The notes under the pieces are model-generated. The model was given only the letters and a program-made list of their open reading frames with translations, made no database searches and was not told where the DNA came from. From the NCBI GenBank assembly GCA_044376115.1, contig JBILLK010000050.1, forward strand, positions 1 to 34,475: a stretch of 34,475 nt of DNA, read 5' to 3'. Source of the stretch: Polyangiaceae bacterium. Lineage in GTDB: Bacteria > Myxococcota_A > Polyangia > Polyangiales > Polyangiaceae. A program made the position numbers and the translations under genes. This document shows, in pieces, positions 17,563 through 27,000 of this stretch; within the stretch, counting starts at the first letter, position 1, and each line of letters begins with the position of its first letter.

Positions 17563-18669
17563 GCCCTTCACCCCAAATCCCCCGACCTCAAATCCCACGC
17601 CATTCACCATCACCTCCACCGGGTATCTTCCCGGCGCCGGCTTGCGCGTGGTGTGAACCGCCAGCGAAATCAGCTTCGATAGCTCCGCCGTTTCCCCAGC
17701 GGCGAGCTCGATGCGCTTCAGCTTGAACACGCGGCGGCTGGTTCCGCCCACCGTGGTGAACACCACCGCGAGATCGACGTTGAGCGACTGCGTTTTGCGC
17801 GCCATGCTGGTCAGCGCGACCGTCACACGCACCTTCGAGCCGATCGTGGCGGCCTTCGGCGAGAAGCTGCCTTGCACGCGAACCTCCGGCGCGGCTCCGT
17901 GCCCCAAGAGCGCGAGCGCTTGCTTGTCGCCGCGTTTCACGGCGCTGCGCAGCGCGTGCTGCACGAGCTTGTGCCGCTCGGGGGAGGCGCCTTTGAGCCA
18001 CTCGCGACAGGTCTTCATCAACAAGGGCGCATGACTCTTGCCGAGATCGTTCAAGTGGTTGGCGACGCTGCGCCGGACCATCGGACTCGCGTCGTCGCGC
18101 AGCTCGCTCACGATGCGCAAGACGCGTTCGGGTTCTTCATCGAGCAGCTTCACGCGCGGCGCCCACGGCAGCCGTTGCCGCGTCCCCTCCGAAACGAGCC
18201 GGCGGACGTGCGCGTTCGGATCGGTGCCCCACTCGGCGAGCTTTTCCAAGGTCTGCTCGGGGTAGCGCTCCAAGTACGGACGAATGCTGAACTCGCAGGT
18301 GAAACGCTGGGTCAGCTGATATTGCACCTGCAGCGAAAGCTCGAAGTGATCGAGCCCAAACTCGCTCACGAACATCGTGTGCGGCAAGTAGTAGAAGCCT
18401 GCCATCCCCGAGCCCAACAGCTCATCGGTCGCGTGCTTCGCGCCCAGCGAGTCGACGAGAATGGCGGCCGCTTCGCGGTAGTCCGCCGGCAGATAGCGCT
18501 GCATCGCGCGAGCGATCGCGCGGCCGCGATCCATCAGCTCGAGCTCGGGCAGCGCCGCCGCCGCGTCGCTGACGAAGGCCTCAAGCGGGAAGGGCGACCA
18601 AGCGGCCTTTAGGCTCTGACCGATGGCGCGCACGAGGCTCGCCGAGAAGAAGAGTTTGAGCGGTTCCAT
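17560..18669 (-). CDS. DNA alkylation repair protein (AlkD-like HEAT fold, COG4335 type)
   Basis: LELMDR, LTQRFTCEFSIRPYL, HVRRLVSEGTR.RLPWA, VRRSVANHLND, C-terminal KLKRIEL...TTRK..PG. Confidence 0.88.
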   Translation of the reverse strand: MEPLKLFFSASLVRAIGQSLKAAWSPFPLEAFVSDAAAALPELELMDRGRAIARAMQRYLPADYREAAAILVDSLGAKHATDELLGSGMAGFYYLPHTMFVSEFGLDHFELSLQVQYQLTQRFTCEFSIRPYLERYPEQTLEKLAEWGTDPNAHVRRLVSEGTRQRLPWAPRVKLLDEEPERVLRIVSELRDDASPMVRRSVANHLNDLGKSHAPLLMKTCREWLKGASPERHKLVQHALRSAVKRGDKQALALLGHGAAPEVRVQGSFSPKAATIGSKVRVTVALTSMARKTQSLNVDLAVVFTTVGGTSRRVFKLKRIELAAGETAELSKLISLAVHTTRKPAPGRYPVEVMVNGVGFEVGGFGVKG

Positions 18670-18828
18670 TGGAGTCCACGCGCCGATCGGTCGCCTGCGT
18701 TGCCGAAGACGACTGGCAGGCTTCAAGCCTAGTGCCAAGAGTCTCGCGATGGGCGGCCGATTCAACCGAGCGCTGTTGGGGCAACTTTGTACAAGTCATT
18801 GCCCGGCGCTGCTGCCACACTCGTGCCC

Positions 18829-20439
18829 ATGACGACCTGGGATGATGAAGCGCTGTTGTCGATGTTCCCCGACGTTGGGGCGCTGCGCGCTCCGGTGGCG
18901 GGCCCACCGACGTGGCTGATCGATGGTGAGGTGCGCGTCTTTGAGGGGCCTTCGCGCGCCGTCGATTCGCGCGTCGCGCAGCGCAAGGATGGCTCGCTCG
19001 AGACGTGCCCGTTGGGCCGGGAGGCGCTGCTCGGCGCAGCGGAGGTCGCACAGGCCGTAGAGGCTGCGGAGCGTGCGTTCCAGGGCGGCGAAGGAGCTTG
19101 GCCTTCGCTGCCGGTCGAGCAACGCATGGAAGCGGTGCTCGCGTTTGCCGCTGCCGTCGAGCGCAAGGTCGAGGCGGTGGCGGAGCTCTTGATGTGGGAG
19201 ATCGGTAAGCCGCAAGAGGCCGCTCGCGACGAGGTGACGCGCAGCGTGAGCTACATGCGTGAGACCGTCGCTGCGCTCAAGCGGCTGCGCGAGCGCGATC
19301 GGGCGCCGCAAACGGCGAGCAGCGGCGGCGTGGCGCACTTCGCGCGCACCCATCGCAGGCCGCTCGGCCTCGTGGTTTGTGTGGCGCCGTTCAACTACCC
19401 GATCAACGAGTTCCTCACGACCGTGGTGCCGGCGTTGCTGATGGGCAACGTCGTGATCGCGAAGACCCCGCGCTTCGGCGTGCTCGCGAACGAGCTGTTG
19501 TTCCCCGCCTTCCGTGACTGCTTCCCAGCGGGCGTCGTGTCGGTCTTGCCGGGAGAGGGCCGGGCAACGCTACCCGCGCTCTTGGGCGCTAGTCGGCAGG
19601 ATGTAGCGGGCAACGCAGTCGGCCTGGTGAGCGCGTTGGCGTTCATCGGCAGTGAAGGCGCGGCCAACTCGATCTTGCGTGCGCACCCAACGCCGTTCAC
19701 CTTGCACAAGGTGCTCGGCTTGGGCGCCAAGAACGCCGCCGTCGTGCTCGACGATGCCGATCTCGAGCGTGCCGCAGCTTCGATCGTCAAGGGCGCGTTG
19801 GGCTTCAACGGCCAGCGTTGCACCGCGGAGAAGATCGTGTTCGTGGCGCGCCGTCTGTTCGAGCCGTTCGTGAAGCGAGCGGCCGAGTTGGTGGAGGCGC
19901 TCAAGCTGGGCATGCCGTGGGAGGAGGGCGCGGCCGTGACGCCGATGCCCGAGCCGCACAAGCTGGAGGCGATGCGCGCCCTGCTCGATGACGCGATCGC
20001 CAACGGCGCGACCATCCGCAACCGCGACGGAGGCCGCGGCCTCTTCTCCTTGATGCGGCCTGCGGTGGTTGCCGCTGTCACGCCGTCAATGCGGCTCTAT
20101 CACGAAGAGCAGTTCGGGCCGATCCTGCCGATCGCCGTGTTCGATGATCCGGAGGAGGTCCTGCTCTGGCAACGTCGCTCGCCCTTCGGCCAGCAGGCCG
20201 CCGTGTGGGGAAGCCCGGCCTCCGCGCGAGCGCTGGTGCGACGCTTCACCCGCTTCGTTGCGCGCGTGAACGTCAACGACGTTTGCCAGCGCGGCCCCGA
20301 TGCCTTCGGCTTCAGTGCCACCGACAAATCGGGCTTCGGCACGCTCTCGCTCGAAGACGCCCTCCTCGGCTTCAGCCGCCCGGTGCTGATTCAGGCCACC
20401 GAAGAAGGCGCGCTTGAGAGCTTTACGGCCAAGGGTTGA
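18829..20439 (+). CDS. Aldehyde dehydrogenase, non-phosphorylating GAPDH (GapN)-like
   Basis: LLMWEIGK, PLGLVVCVAPFNYPINE, AFIGS, FNGQRCTA (catalytic Cys), EEQFGP, QRGPDAFGF. Confidence 0.85.
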   Translation: MTTWDDEALLSMFPDVGALRAPVAGPPTWLIDGEVRVFEGPSRAVDSRVAQRKDGSLETCPLGREALLGAAEVAQAVEAAERAFQGGEGAWPSLPVEQRMEAVLAFAAAVERKVEAVAELLMWEIGKPQEAARDEVTRSVSYMRETVAALKRLRERDRAPQTASSGGVAHFARTHRRPLGLVVCVAPFNYPINEFLTTVVPALLMGNVVIAKTPRFGVLANELLFPAFRDCFPAGVVSVLPGEGRATLPALLGASRQDVAGNAVGLVSALAFIGSEGAANSILRAHPTPFTLHKVLGLGAKNAAVVLDDADLERAAASIVKGALGFNGQRCTAEKIVFVARRLFEPFVKRAAELVEALKLGMPWEEGAAVTPMPEPHKLEAMRALLDDAIANGATIRNRDGGRGLFSLMRPAVVAAVTPSMRLYHEEQFGPILPIAVFDDPEEVLLWQRRSPFGQQAAVWGSPASARALVRRFTRFVARVNVNDVCQRGPDAFGFSATDKSGFGTLSLEDALLGFSRPVLIQATEEGALESFTAKG

Positions 20440-20444
20440 GAGAG

Positions 20445-20646
20445 GGCGAGAGGCGAGAGGCGAGAGGCGAGAGGCGAGAGGCGAGAAGGCGAGAGGCGAG
20501 AGGCGAGAGGCGAGAGGCGAGAGGCGAGAGGCGAGAGGCGAGAGGCGAGAGGCGAGAGGCGAGAGGCGAGAGGCGAGAAGGCGAGAAGGCGAGAAGGCGA
20601 GAAGGCGAGAAGGCGAGAAGGCGAGAAGGCGAGACGGCGAGAAGGC
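20445..20646 (+). repeat. Tandem array of 27 GGCGAGA cores (7-mers shifting to GGCGAGAA 8-mers)
   Basis: Starts 5 nt after the ALDH stop; mostly 7-nt period to 20571, 8-nt period afterwards. Confidence 0.95.
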
Positions 20647-20671
20647 TATGCGTTGGATGGCGGGGGCCGCT

Positions 20672-21970
20672 CTACCTTCTGATCACGAAGAGCTGTTGGG
20701 GGCTGAGCCCTTCGGCTGGAAACTCGAACAACATGCTGTCGAGTGGGTGCGTCAGCAGCGTCTCCAACGGTACGTTCCCGAGTTCATGTCGGTAATCCAA
20801 CGCCTTCGTATTGGGATCGCAGGAGGGGTCCACGGCGAACTTTACCCACCCCGTCATCGGAACTCCTTGGGTTCGTCGGAGTAACTCGCCCGACGGAATG
20901 CTTAAGTAGTATCGGTCCGGCGGTGCAAGGCGGCACGGACGGATGGGAACTACGGGGCCTATTGGCGTGTCGGGCGCGAGGGCCCTAATGAACTCGTCGG
21001 CCTTCGCTTTGGCGGTGAATACGGCGACATGAATCGTGTCCTCCCGGCCCAGAACGAAGGCTGGTTGCTCCGTGGCGATGACGATGTTCGGATGCTGCTC
21101 AACAGGTGCTGTACCGGCGGGTGGGGGTGAAGAGAGCCCCCACATCCGACCAAGGACGTGCAGCGAGGCGTGGAAGCCAGAACAAACGCGTGTGAGCAAG
21201 TCCTCCATCGCAACTCGGTCAACAAACGTCCAGAGGTGTGGTCTGGCGTGGTTAGTGATCGAACGACGATCGGGCGCTAACCACGGGTTGTCCGCGTCCG
21301 GGATACGAGCGCTAGCGGCGGGGTCGTTTGAGGGAAAGAAGAAGCCGCGATGCACAAGCGCATTTCGATAGTCATTGAGTTCCTTGAACCAATCGACTTG
21401 GGCTCGGAGGTACCGCAGCTCCTCAGTTTCCTTGGTCGAGTTTGATGACGTCAGGAGCGGATGTACCTTCCAGCCATCGTCGTCTCTCCCGCTCTCGCCG
21501 TGGCGTCGTGCGGTGATGAAGACAAGCTCGTCGACTGCACTGCGAACGGTCGAGAGGACGGAGAGAGCCTCGAATCCGGCAAGTCGCGACACCTCGTCAT
21601 ACCCACGAGTGCAGCCAGTTCGTTCACGTCGCTCGTGGTACTGAGCAAGGAAGAACCCGAAGCGCTTCTGATGGTAAAGGGCGCGATTGATTGTCGTTGC
21701 GAGTGACTTGAACAGTGCGCGCCGCTCGTTGTCCGCGATCGCACTCAACCTGGTGCGATCCACCTCCACCGAGGCCGGTCGGTCTTCGGTTTGGCTGAGG
21801 ATGTGGAACATCCCTGCAACCGGATCGTCAAGGTGTGGGACGCACGCGGGGATATCGAGCTTGAGTGCTAAGCCACACCCAGCGAGCGTCGCGACCGTGC
21901 CCGGGGGAAAGTGCTTACAGGGTAAATCAAAGGTGTGCCTTGCTCGCGAGGTTAAGTGACGCAGCTGCAC
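20672..21970 (-). CDS. Putative HEPN-domain RNase (Cthe_2314-like) with C-terminal extra domain; start uncertain (ATG 21811 possible)
   Basis: Helical region with WFKELNDYRNALVHRG (RxxxxH at 21350-21367); weaker GC3 bias than the flanking genes. Confidence 0.6.
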   Translation of the reverse strand: MQLRHLTSRARHTFDLPCKHFPPGTVATLAGCGLALKLDIPACVPHLDDPVAGMFHILSQTEDRPASVEVDRTRLSAIADNERRALFKSLATTINRALYHQKRFGFFLAQYHERRERTGCTRGYDEVSRLAGFEALSVLSTVRSAVDELVFITARRHGESGRDDDGWKVHPLLTSSNSTKETEELRYLRAQVDWFKELNDYRNALVHRGFFFPSNDPAASARIPDADNPWLAPDRRSITNHARPHLWTFVDRVAMEDLLTRVCSGFHASLHVLGRMWGLSSPPPAGTAPVEQHPNIVIATEQPAFVLGREDTIHVAVFTAKAKADEFIRALAPDTPIGPVVPIRPCRLAPPDRYYLSIPSGELLRRTQGVPMTGWVKFAVDPSCDPNTKALDYRHELGNVPLETLLTHPLDSMLFEFPAEGLSPQQLFVIRR

Positions 21971-22173
21971 GTATCACGCAGCTTGATCGGGCGCTGTACC
22001 GAGCTGTCGGGCAACGGGTTGGCTGCCCGCCACGCCCATCTCGGTGAGCGGGGTTCAGGCAAAGTAGGGCGACGGGTGAGTCTAGTCGCGAGAGGTGTTT
22101 GCAGCGGCGCTAGCTTCGTGGGGACCGGGGCCAGCACGATTGAGCCGTATGCCGGAGCAAACTTCATGCGGCC

Positions 22174-22330
22174 GAGATGCGTGTGGATGCCGTAGGGGTG
22201 CGCCTGGAATTGGCTGGGATGCGTTTGGATGCGCCTGGGATGCATCCGGATGCCGTAGGGGTGCGCCTGGAATTGGCTGGGATGCGTTTGGATGGTCTTG
22301 GGATGCGTTTGGATGCGCCTGAGATGCGTT
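22174..22330. repeat. 21-bp (11+10) tandem repeat with a 63-bp higher-order unit
   Basis: GGGATGCGTTT-GGATGCGCCT-type units; GGATGCCGTAGGGGTGCGCCTGGAATTGGCTGGGATGCGTTTGGATG is identical at 22185 and 22248. Confidence 0.9.
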
Positions 22331-22444
22331 ATTCATCAATACAAACAACATCTTGTGGGCCTGGGTCGGCGCGCTGAACAGCTGGCACCGATGGCGGACT
22401 TTGGTTAATCTGGCGGCCGGGGTGGGGAAAAGAGGGAGGAATCA

Positions 22445-23104
22445 ATGGCTGCGATTGACTACGCGCGGATGACACGGGTGTGCACGAGGGTGCGTGAGCT
22501 GGCTGAGGAGCCGACGACCAAGAGTTTGATCAAGCAGGTGTATGCCGATCGAACGCGGGCGGAGGTGGAGGAGTACCTCGCAGCGGACGCGGCGATGGCT
22601 GCGGCGGAAGGGACGCTGCGCAAAGAAGCGCGTGAAGCAGCGGAGGCGCTCGCGGAGTTTGATCAGCCGTTCCGCGAGGCGCGTGCAGTGCTCACGGCCT
22701 ATCACCCCGATGCGACGTTGCCCGAGACGCTCAAGGTGCTGAAGACCGATACCGATCGCAAGAACGCGGTGGAGCGGCTCGTCGATGCGGTGGACGATCA
22801 CGTCGGCGCAACGTGGGCGGACGAACTCTTGGCGGGGCCGTTTGGTCAACGCTCGAGCGCGCTGCTGAAAGAACTCGACGACGCCATCACCGCCAACAGC
22901 GCCCTGGCCGAAGCGCGCGATCGGCGCGCCAAAGCCTACGGCCTCGCCTACGAGCGCTACATCGCCTTCAAGAACGTCGTGCGCAACACCTACGGCGCCA
23001 AGTCACCGCAATACCGCCGCATCCACGTGCGGGCCGATGGCAGCGCGGGCGATGAGGCGGTGGTGCCAGCTCCGGTGGTGCCGACGCCGACGGGCGGTGG
23101 GTGA
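22445..23104 (+). CDS. All-alpha-helical hypothetical protein
   Basis: Strong GGAGG SD; amphipathic helices; C-terminal VRNTYGAKSPQYRRI and Pro-rich tail. Confidence 0.8.
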   Translation: MAAIDYARMTRVCTRVRELAEEPTTKSLIKQVYADRTRAEVEEYLAADAAMAAAEGTLRKEAREAAEALAEFDQPFREARAVLTAYHPDATLPETLKVLKTDTDRKNAVERLVDAVDDHVGATWADELLAGPFGQRSSALLKELDDAITANSALAEARDRRAKAYGLAYERYIAFKNVVRNTYGAKSPQYRRIHVRADGSAGDEAVVPAPVVPTPTGGG

Positions 23105-23952
23105 TGTCAAGTCCGCTGTCTGAGGAGAGCGTAAAAGCTGCGCTCGCTACGGCCAACGCCGTGAAGGAACTAAGGGACCTCAAGCCCCCGGTAGCAGAGG
23201 CGAGTTGGCCGAACGTAGTGCCGGCCGTGGCGGCGTGCGTTGCGGCAGCGCTCTCCTTCTTCGGCGGTCAGTGCGGGGCGCAGTCAGAAAACAAGGACCT
23301 TAAGGAGAAGCTAGATCAAGCAACCAGTGCGTCGCAGGATGCGAAGTCCGCTGCAGTATCTGCGAACGTGCAAGCTGCCGTCGTCAGCACCAGCCTTGCC
23401 AACATGAAGGACGAGCTGAACCGGGAATATCACGCGCTCCTGCAGCAGATGAGCAAACCAGAAGCGCGCCCGGCGGACAGATTCGCAGTGCTGGCGGGAC
23501 TATGCGCCGCTGACAACCTAAATCCGAACATGAAGCAGTCAGCGCGTGCGATTGCCATGGGTTACGCGACCACCTGCGGCTCCGCCTGCGGTGGCGACGA
23601 CGAGCAACAACAAGCCGAAACTAAAGCGGCAGCGACCACTAAAAAGTCAGCGGTCGCGAAGGACCCGAGTTGCAATGACGCGTGCGACGGGTTCAAGGCG
23701 TTGACTCAGCTTCCCGCGGATTGGGCGGAGAGCTACAGCACAGATTCCGGAAACCAGTTCGACGCAGTTCGGGGGCTGTGCCGTGATGTTCGGCCTCCCG
23801 ACATTCTTAAGCAGGACCAGGCTGCGATCGAGGAGTGGAACAAGCGGGCCGACGAGTGGAACAAGCGGGCCGACGAGTGGAACAAGGTAGAGCAAGAAAA
23901 GAAGAAGAAGAAGCAGCTAAAGAAGTACATGGCACCTTCCCCGCCGCCCTGA
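23104..23952 (+). CDS. Membrane-anchored coiled-coil/Cys-rich hypothetical protein
   Basis: TGATG coupling to the upstream gene; one hydrophobic helix, coiled coil, several Cys, EWNKRAD repeat, poly-Lys tail; atypical codon use. Confidence 0.6.
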   Translation: MSSPLSEESVKAALATANAVKELRDLKPPVAEASWPNVVPAVAACVAAALSFFGGQCGAQSENKDLKEKLDQATSASQDAKSAAVSANVQAAVVSTSLANMKDELNREYHALLQQMSKPEARPADRFAVLAGLCAADNLNPNMKQSARAIAMGYATTCGSACGGDDEQQQAETKAAATTKKSAVAKDPSCNDACDGFKALTQLPADWAESYSTDSGNQFDAVRGLCRDVRPPDILKQDQAAIEEWNKRADEWNKRADEWNKVEQEKKKKKQLKKYMAPSPPP

Positions 23953-23960
23953 GGAGCGTG

Positions 23961-23993
23961 CTCGGCGGTCGATCGCAACGGTCGGCCGCCGAG
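23961..23993 (+). terminator. GC-rich hairpin between the membrane-protein gene and the R-M gene
   Basis: CTCGGCGGTCGATCG-caa-CGGTCGGCCGCCGAG (15 bp, two G-U); short T run shortly after. Confidence 0.5.
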
Positions 23994-24043
23994 TCGATCC
24001 TTTCTGCCTTGCCAACAGCCGCCCAACGGTGCGACCTAGCGCG

Positions 24044-27000
24044 GTGAGTGCACTTCAAGATCTGCTCGATGGTTTCCGTAATGCCGCCCTGACGAATCGC
24101 GAGGCGGGCACGTACTTCGAGCAGCTGACGGTCGCGTATCTGCGGACGGAACCGGCGTACAAGGAGCTGTACGGCGAGGTGCTTACGTGGGCTGACTGGG
24201 CCGAGCGGCGTGGCGTCGATAAGCGGGACACGGGCATTGATCTCGTGGCGGAGACGAAGACCGGTGAGGTGCACGCCATTCAGTGCAAGCTCTACGCGCC
24301 CGACTACGTAGTGCAGAAGGCGGACATCGATAGCTTCTTCACGGCGTCCGGGAAGACGCCTTTCTCGCGCCGCATCCTGGTGGCGACGACAGACCACTTT
24401 GGGGTGCACGCGGCGTCGGCGCTCGAGAACCAGCAGCCCCCGGTGACGAAGATTGATCTGAACGCACTTGAAGAGAGTGTGATCGACTGGTCGGCCTTCA
24501 AACCGAAGAAGGCGCCGAAGGTGCGCGCCAAGAAGACGCCGCGGGCTCATCAGAAGAACGCGGTCAACAGCGTGCTGCTCGGGTTGGGCGACGCTGACCG
24601 CGGCAAGCTCATCATGGCGTGCGGCACGGGCAAGACGTACACGAGCCTCAAGATCGCAGAGCAGTTGGCGGGTGCCGGCAAGCGGGTGCTCTTCCTCGTG
24701 CCGAGCCTCGCACTGCTCTCGCAGACTCTGACCGAGTGGACCCAGGAAAGCGTTGTTCCGCTCGCGAGCTTCGCCGTCTGCTCGGACAGCGACGTGGGTA
24801 AAAAGAAGGACGACGACACGGTGCAGACTTTCGTCCACGAGCTGCGGTATCCGGCGACAACCAACGCCGCGAGCCTCGCGCGCGAGGTGAAGAAGCGGCA
24901 CGACGCCGAGCATATGACCGTCGTGTTCTCGACCTACCACTCGATCGCGGTCGTCAACCAATCGCAGAGGGACCATGGCCTGCCGGGCTTCGATCTCATC
25001 GTGTGCGACGAGGCACACCGCACCACGGGCCACACGTTCGAGGGAGAGGACGAGAGCGAGTTCATCCGCATCCACGACGCCGACTATGTGCGTGGCGAGA
25101 AGCGCCTGTACATGACGGCTACGCCCCGCATCTATGGCGAGCTGGCGAAGGTGTCCGCCGACAAGGGCACGGTGACCCTGGCATCCATGGATGATGAGGC
25201 GCTCTTTGGGAGGAACCTGTTCGTCCTCACCTTCTCCGAGGCGGTCAAGCGTGACCTGCTGGTTGACTACAAAGTGATCGTGCTCTCCGTCGAGGAGAGG
25301 CACATCTCCGACCGCATCCAGAACCTGCTCAAGGACGAGAACAACCAGCTGCGGATGGACGACGCCGCGAAGATCATCGGCTGCTGGAAAGCCCTGTCGA
25401 AGCATGGTCTCTCCGAGGCGATGCCGGGCGCACCTGAAGAGGAGCGGGCGCCGATGAAGCGCGCGGTCGCGTTCTGTCAGGTGATCGATCGCCAGCCGAA
25501 GGCCAAGGTCCACAAGGTGAGTTCAAAGCTCATCGCCGAGATGTTCCAGGCGGTGGTGGAGGCGTACCAGGAGAGCGATCCTGAGCGTCAGGACTCCGAG
25601 ACGAACGCTCGGCTCCGGTGTGAGGCCGAGCACGTCGACGGTACGATGAATGCGTCGGAGAAGGAGGCGAAGATCGCCTGGCTCAAAGAGACGACGCCCG
25701 AGGACACGTGCCGCATCCTGTCCAACGTGCGCTGCCTCTCCGAAGGGGTCGACGTGCCTGCGCTCGACGCGGTGATCTTCCTCACGCCGCGGAGCTCGCA
25801 AATCGACGTGGTGCAATCGGTGGGTCGCGTTATGCGCAACGCGCCTGGCAAGCGCCGTGGCTACGTCGTTCTGCCAGTCGTCATCCCGGCCAAGATGGAG
25901 CCTCACGAGGCGCTGCAAGACAACCAGGTCTACAAGGTTGTGTGGCAGGTGCTTCAGGCGCTCCGCTCCCACGATGACCGCTTCGACGCGATGATCAACA
26001 AGCTGGAGATCAACGGTAAGGACACGAGCAAAATGGAGGTGATCGCGATCACCGACAAGCTCACCCCGCGTCGGCCGAAGACGCCGAGCGGTAAGGCTGC
26101 GGCAGGCAAGAAGGCCCAGGGCGGCAGCCAGATCGGCGCTGGCCCTGCAGCCAAAGTGGATATGCAGACTGCGCTCGCCTTCGACATCGGCGAGATCGAG
26201 CGAGCCATCTATGCGCGGCTCGTCGAGAAGGTCGGCAACCGACATCATTGGGAGGACTGGGCGAAGGACATCGCGAGGATCGCGCGGACCCACATCACCC
26301 GCATCGAGAGCATCCTCGGTAACAAGAAGAACGAGAAGGAGCGCTCAGCGTTCGATCGCTTTGCTCATGAGTTGCGGGACGATCTCAACGACAGCATCAC
26401 CAACGAGGAAGTCGTCGAGATGCTCGCCCAGCATCTCGTGACCAAGCCAGTCTTCGACGCGCTCTTCGCTGGCCACGATTTCGCTGCGCAGAACTCAATG
26501 TCGAAGGCGATGCAAGGGATCCTCGACGCGCTCGAGGAGCATCACCTGGACAAGGAGGCGGGCACGCTCGAGGCCTTCTATGAGTCTGTGAAGCTGCGGG
26601 CTGAAGGGATCGAGAACGCTGAAGGCAAACAGAAGATCGTCGTCGAGCTGTACGACAAGTTCTTCCGCAACGCCTTCCCGAAGATGAGCGAGCGGCTTGG
26701 TATCGTGTACACGCCGGTGGAGATCGTCGACTTCATCCTCAAGAGCGTCGACCACCTGCTCCGCACCGAGTTTGGCCAGACGATCGGAAGCCCAGGCGTC
26801 CACATCCTCGACCCGTTCACGGGGACCGGTACCTTCATCACGCGCCTGTTCCAGAGCGGACTGCTGACTCCGGCGGAACTGAAGCGAAAGTACAAGACCG
26901 AGATCCACGCCAACGAGATCGTCCTGCTCGCTTACTACATCGCGGCGATCAACATCGAGCTGGCGTACCAGGGTGTTGTCGGCGGTGCGTACGAGCCATT

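Noticed and set aside
20414..20884. ORFs made of ERREARG, ALRPSPF or ASRLSP repeats (also 17274-17726, 17390-17656)
   Set aside because: Translations of heptamer DNA arrays; the period is not a multiple of 3 and no RBS is present.
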